Source: a virus
Strand: one strand, 5' to 3'
DNA: 64,000 bases
IMG/VR virus record: IMGVR_UViG_3300021964_000050
Location: 4,337 to 68,336 of that record
In this document: positions 63,394 through 64,000 of the stretch, in pieces
Layout of the letters: every line of letters begins with the position of its first letter
Numbering within the stretch: position 1 is the stretch's first letter
Translations under genes and position numbers: made by a program
The notes under the pieces: generated by a model
Told to the model about the DNA's origin: nothing
What the model saw: only the letters and a program-made list of their open reading frames with translations
The model's database searches: none

Positions 63394-64000
63394 CAGCGTC
63401 TCCTTCTGCCACCTCCTGTGGGGGCGGCGGCGACTGCCGAAATGGAGGCTGTTACAGCGACAACAGTTCTTCTGGTCCCTACATCAATCTTTGAGCCAGT
63501 GGGGACGTACGTATCAAACGATCCCTCAAACACGTTTACTTCGCTCTCAAATTCCTCTTTAACCTCGTCTGGAGCCTCGGATAGAGCCGCACTGACGGCC
63601 TCTAGAGTCTCCTCATCAAGGCTGTCGAAGTCCTCATTGTCAATCACATTGTGGAGTACTTCTACAGTTATTTCATCTTCGTCACTCAACAACTCGCCCA
63701 TTGACTCGGCAAGTTCTTCGTTCTGTATACGAGTAATCATAGCCGCCACAGCAGGAGCGGGGGCTGGTTTAGGGGGTTCAGTCGTAGTTGTGGTGCTTGT
63801 TGACGAGGTGGTGGTCGTTGAGGTGGTTGTCGTTGACGGCACCGTCGTGGAAGTGGTCGAAGTAGAAGTCGTCGTAGAAGTCGTCGTAGAAGTCGTCGTA
63901 GAAGTCGTCGTTGGGGGGACTGTCGTAGTCGTGGTTGTTGACGTAGTCGATGGCGGCGGCGGTGGAAGCGTTGTCGTCGTGGTGGTTGTAGTGCTTGTTG
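63393..64000 (-). CDS. Thr/Ser/Pro-rich protein, C-terminal part (starts beyond window)
   Basis: frame stays open to window edge; TTTTLPPPPP and (STTT)n linker, acidic domain, hydrophobic then RRRR tail. Confidence 0.75.
   Translation of the reverse strand, partial: TSTTTTTTTTLPPPPPSTTSTTTTTTVPPTTTSTTTSTTTSTTTSTSTTSTTVPSTTTTSTTTTSSTSTTTTTEPPKPAPAPAVAAMITRIQNEELAESMGELLSDEDEITVEVLHNVIDNEDFDSLDEETLEAVSAALSEAPDEVKEEFESEVNVFEGSFDTYVPTGSKIDVGTRRTVVAVTASISAVAAAPTGGGRRRR
63862..63909. repeat. 12-bp tandem repeat x4 (encodes TTTS)
   Basis: GTAGAAGTCGTC x4. Confidence 0.9.

Noticed and set aside
238-63562. Many antisense and alternate-frame ORFs in the track
   Set aside because: Shadows of well-supported genes, expected at this GC content
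1-64000. tRNA genes, integrase, or stop-codon reassignment
   Set aside because: None seen by eye; core genes are full length in the standard code and all three stops are used. tRNAscan was not run

Overview
64 kb of a large tailed dsDNA phage genome with a contractile tail (baseplate J and gp25-like genes). The host is very probably an actinobacterium: three WhiB genes, actinobacterial-type LexA and DnaA boxes, leaderless genes, and a Thr-rich protein of the kind seen in Acidimicrobiia. Gene content recalls mycobacteriophage cluster C, Rhodococcus E3 and Streptomyces BRock-type myoviruses (from memory, not a database search). Layout: minus-strand head and packaging genes, nrdJ and small modifying enzymes (1-19.2 kb); a non-coding hub (19.2-20.7 kb) packed with DnaA-, CRP- and LexA-like boxes and followed by a ~550-nt heavily base-paired RNA; a plus-strand early-type gene island (20.7-32.2 kb) with a type II hammerhead ribozyme, conserved leader/RBS hairpins, a SNF2 helicase and a MoxR-vWA pair; then minus-strand modification, recombination, replication, baseplate and lysis genes (32.2-64 kb). 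I saw no tRNA, CRISPR array or integrase. Protein assignments come from motifs recognised by eye, and some start codons were moved from the ORF track where an RBS or promoter supported it.
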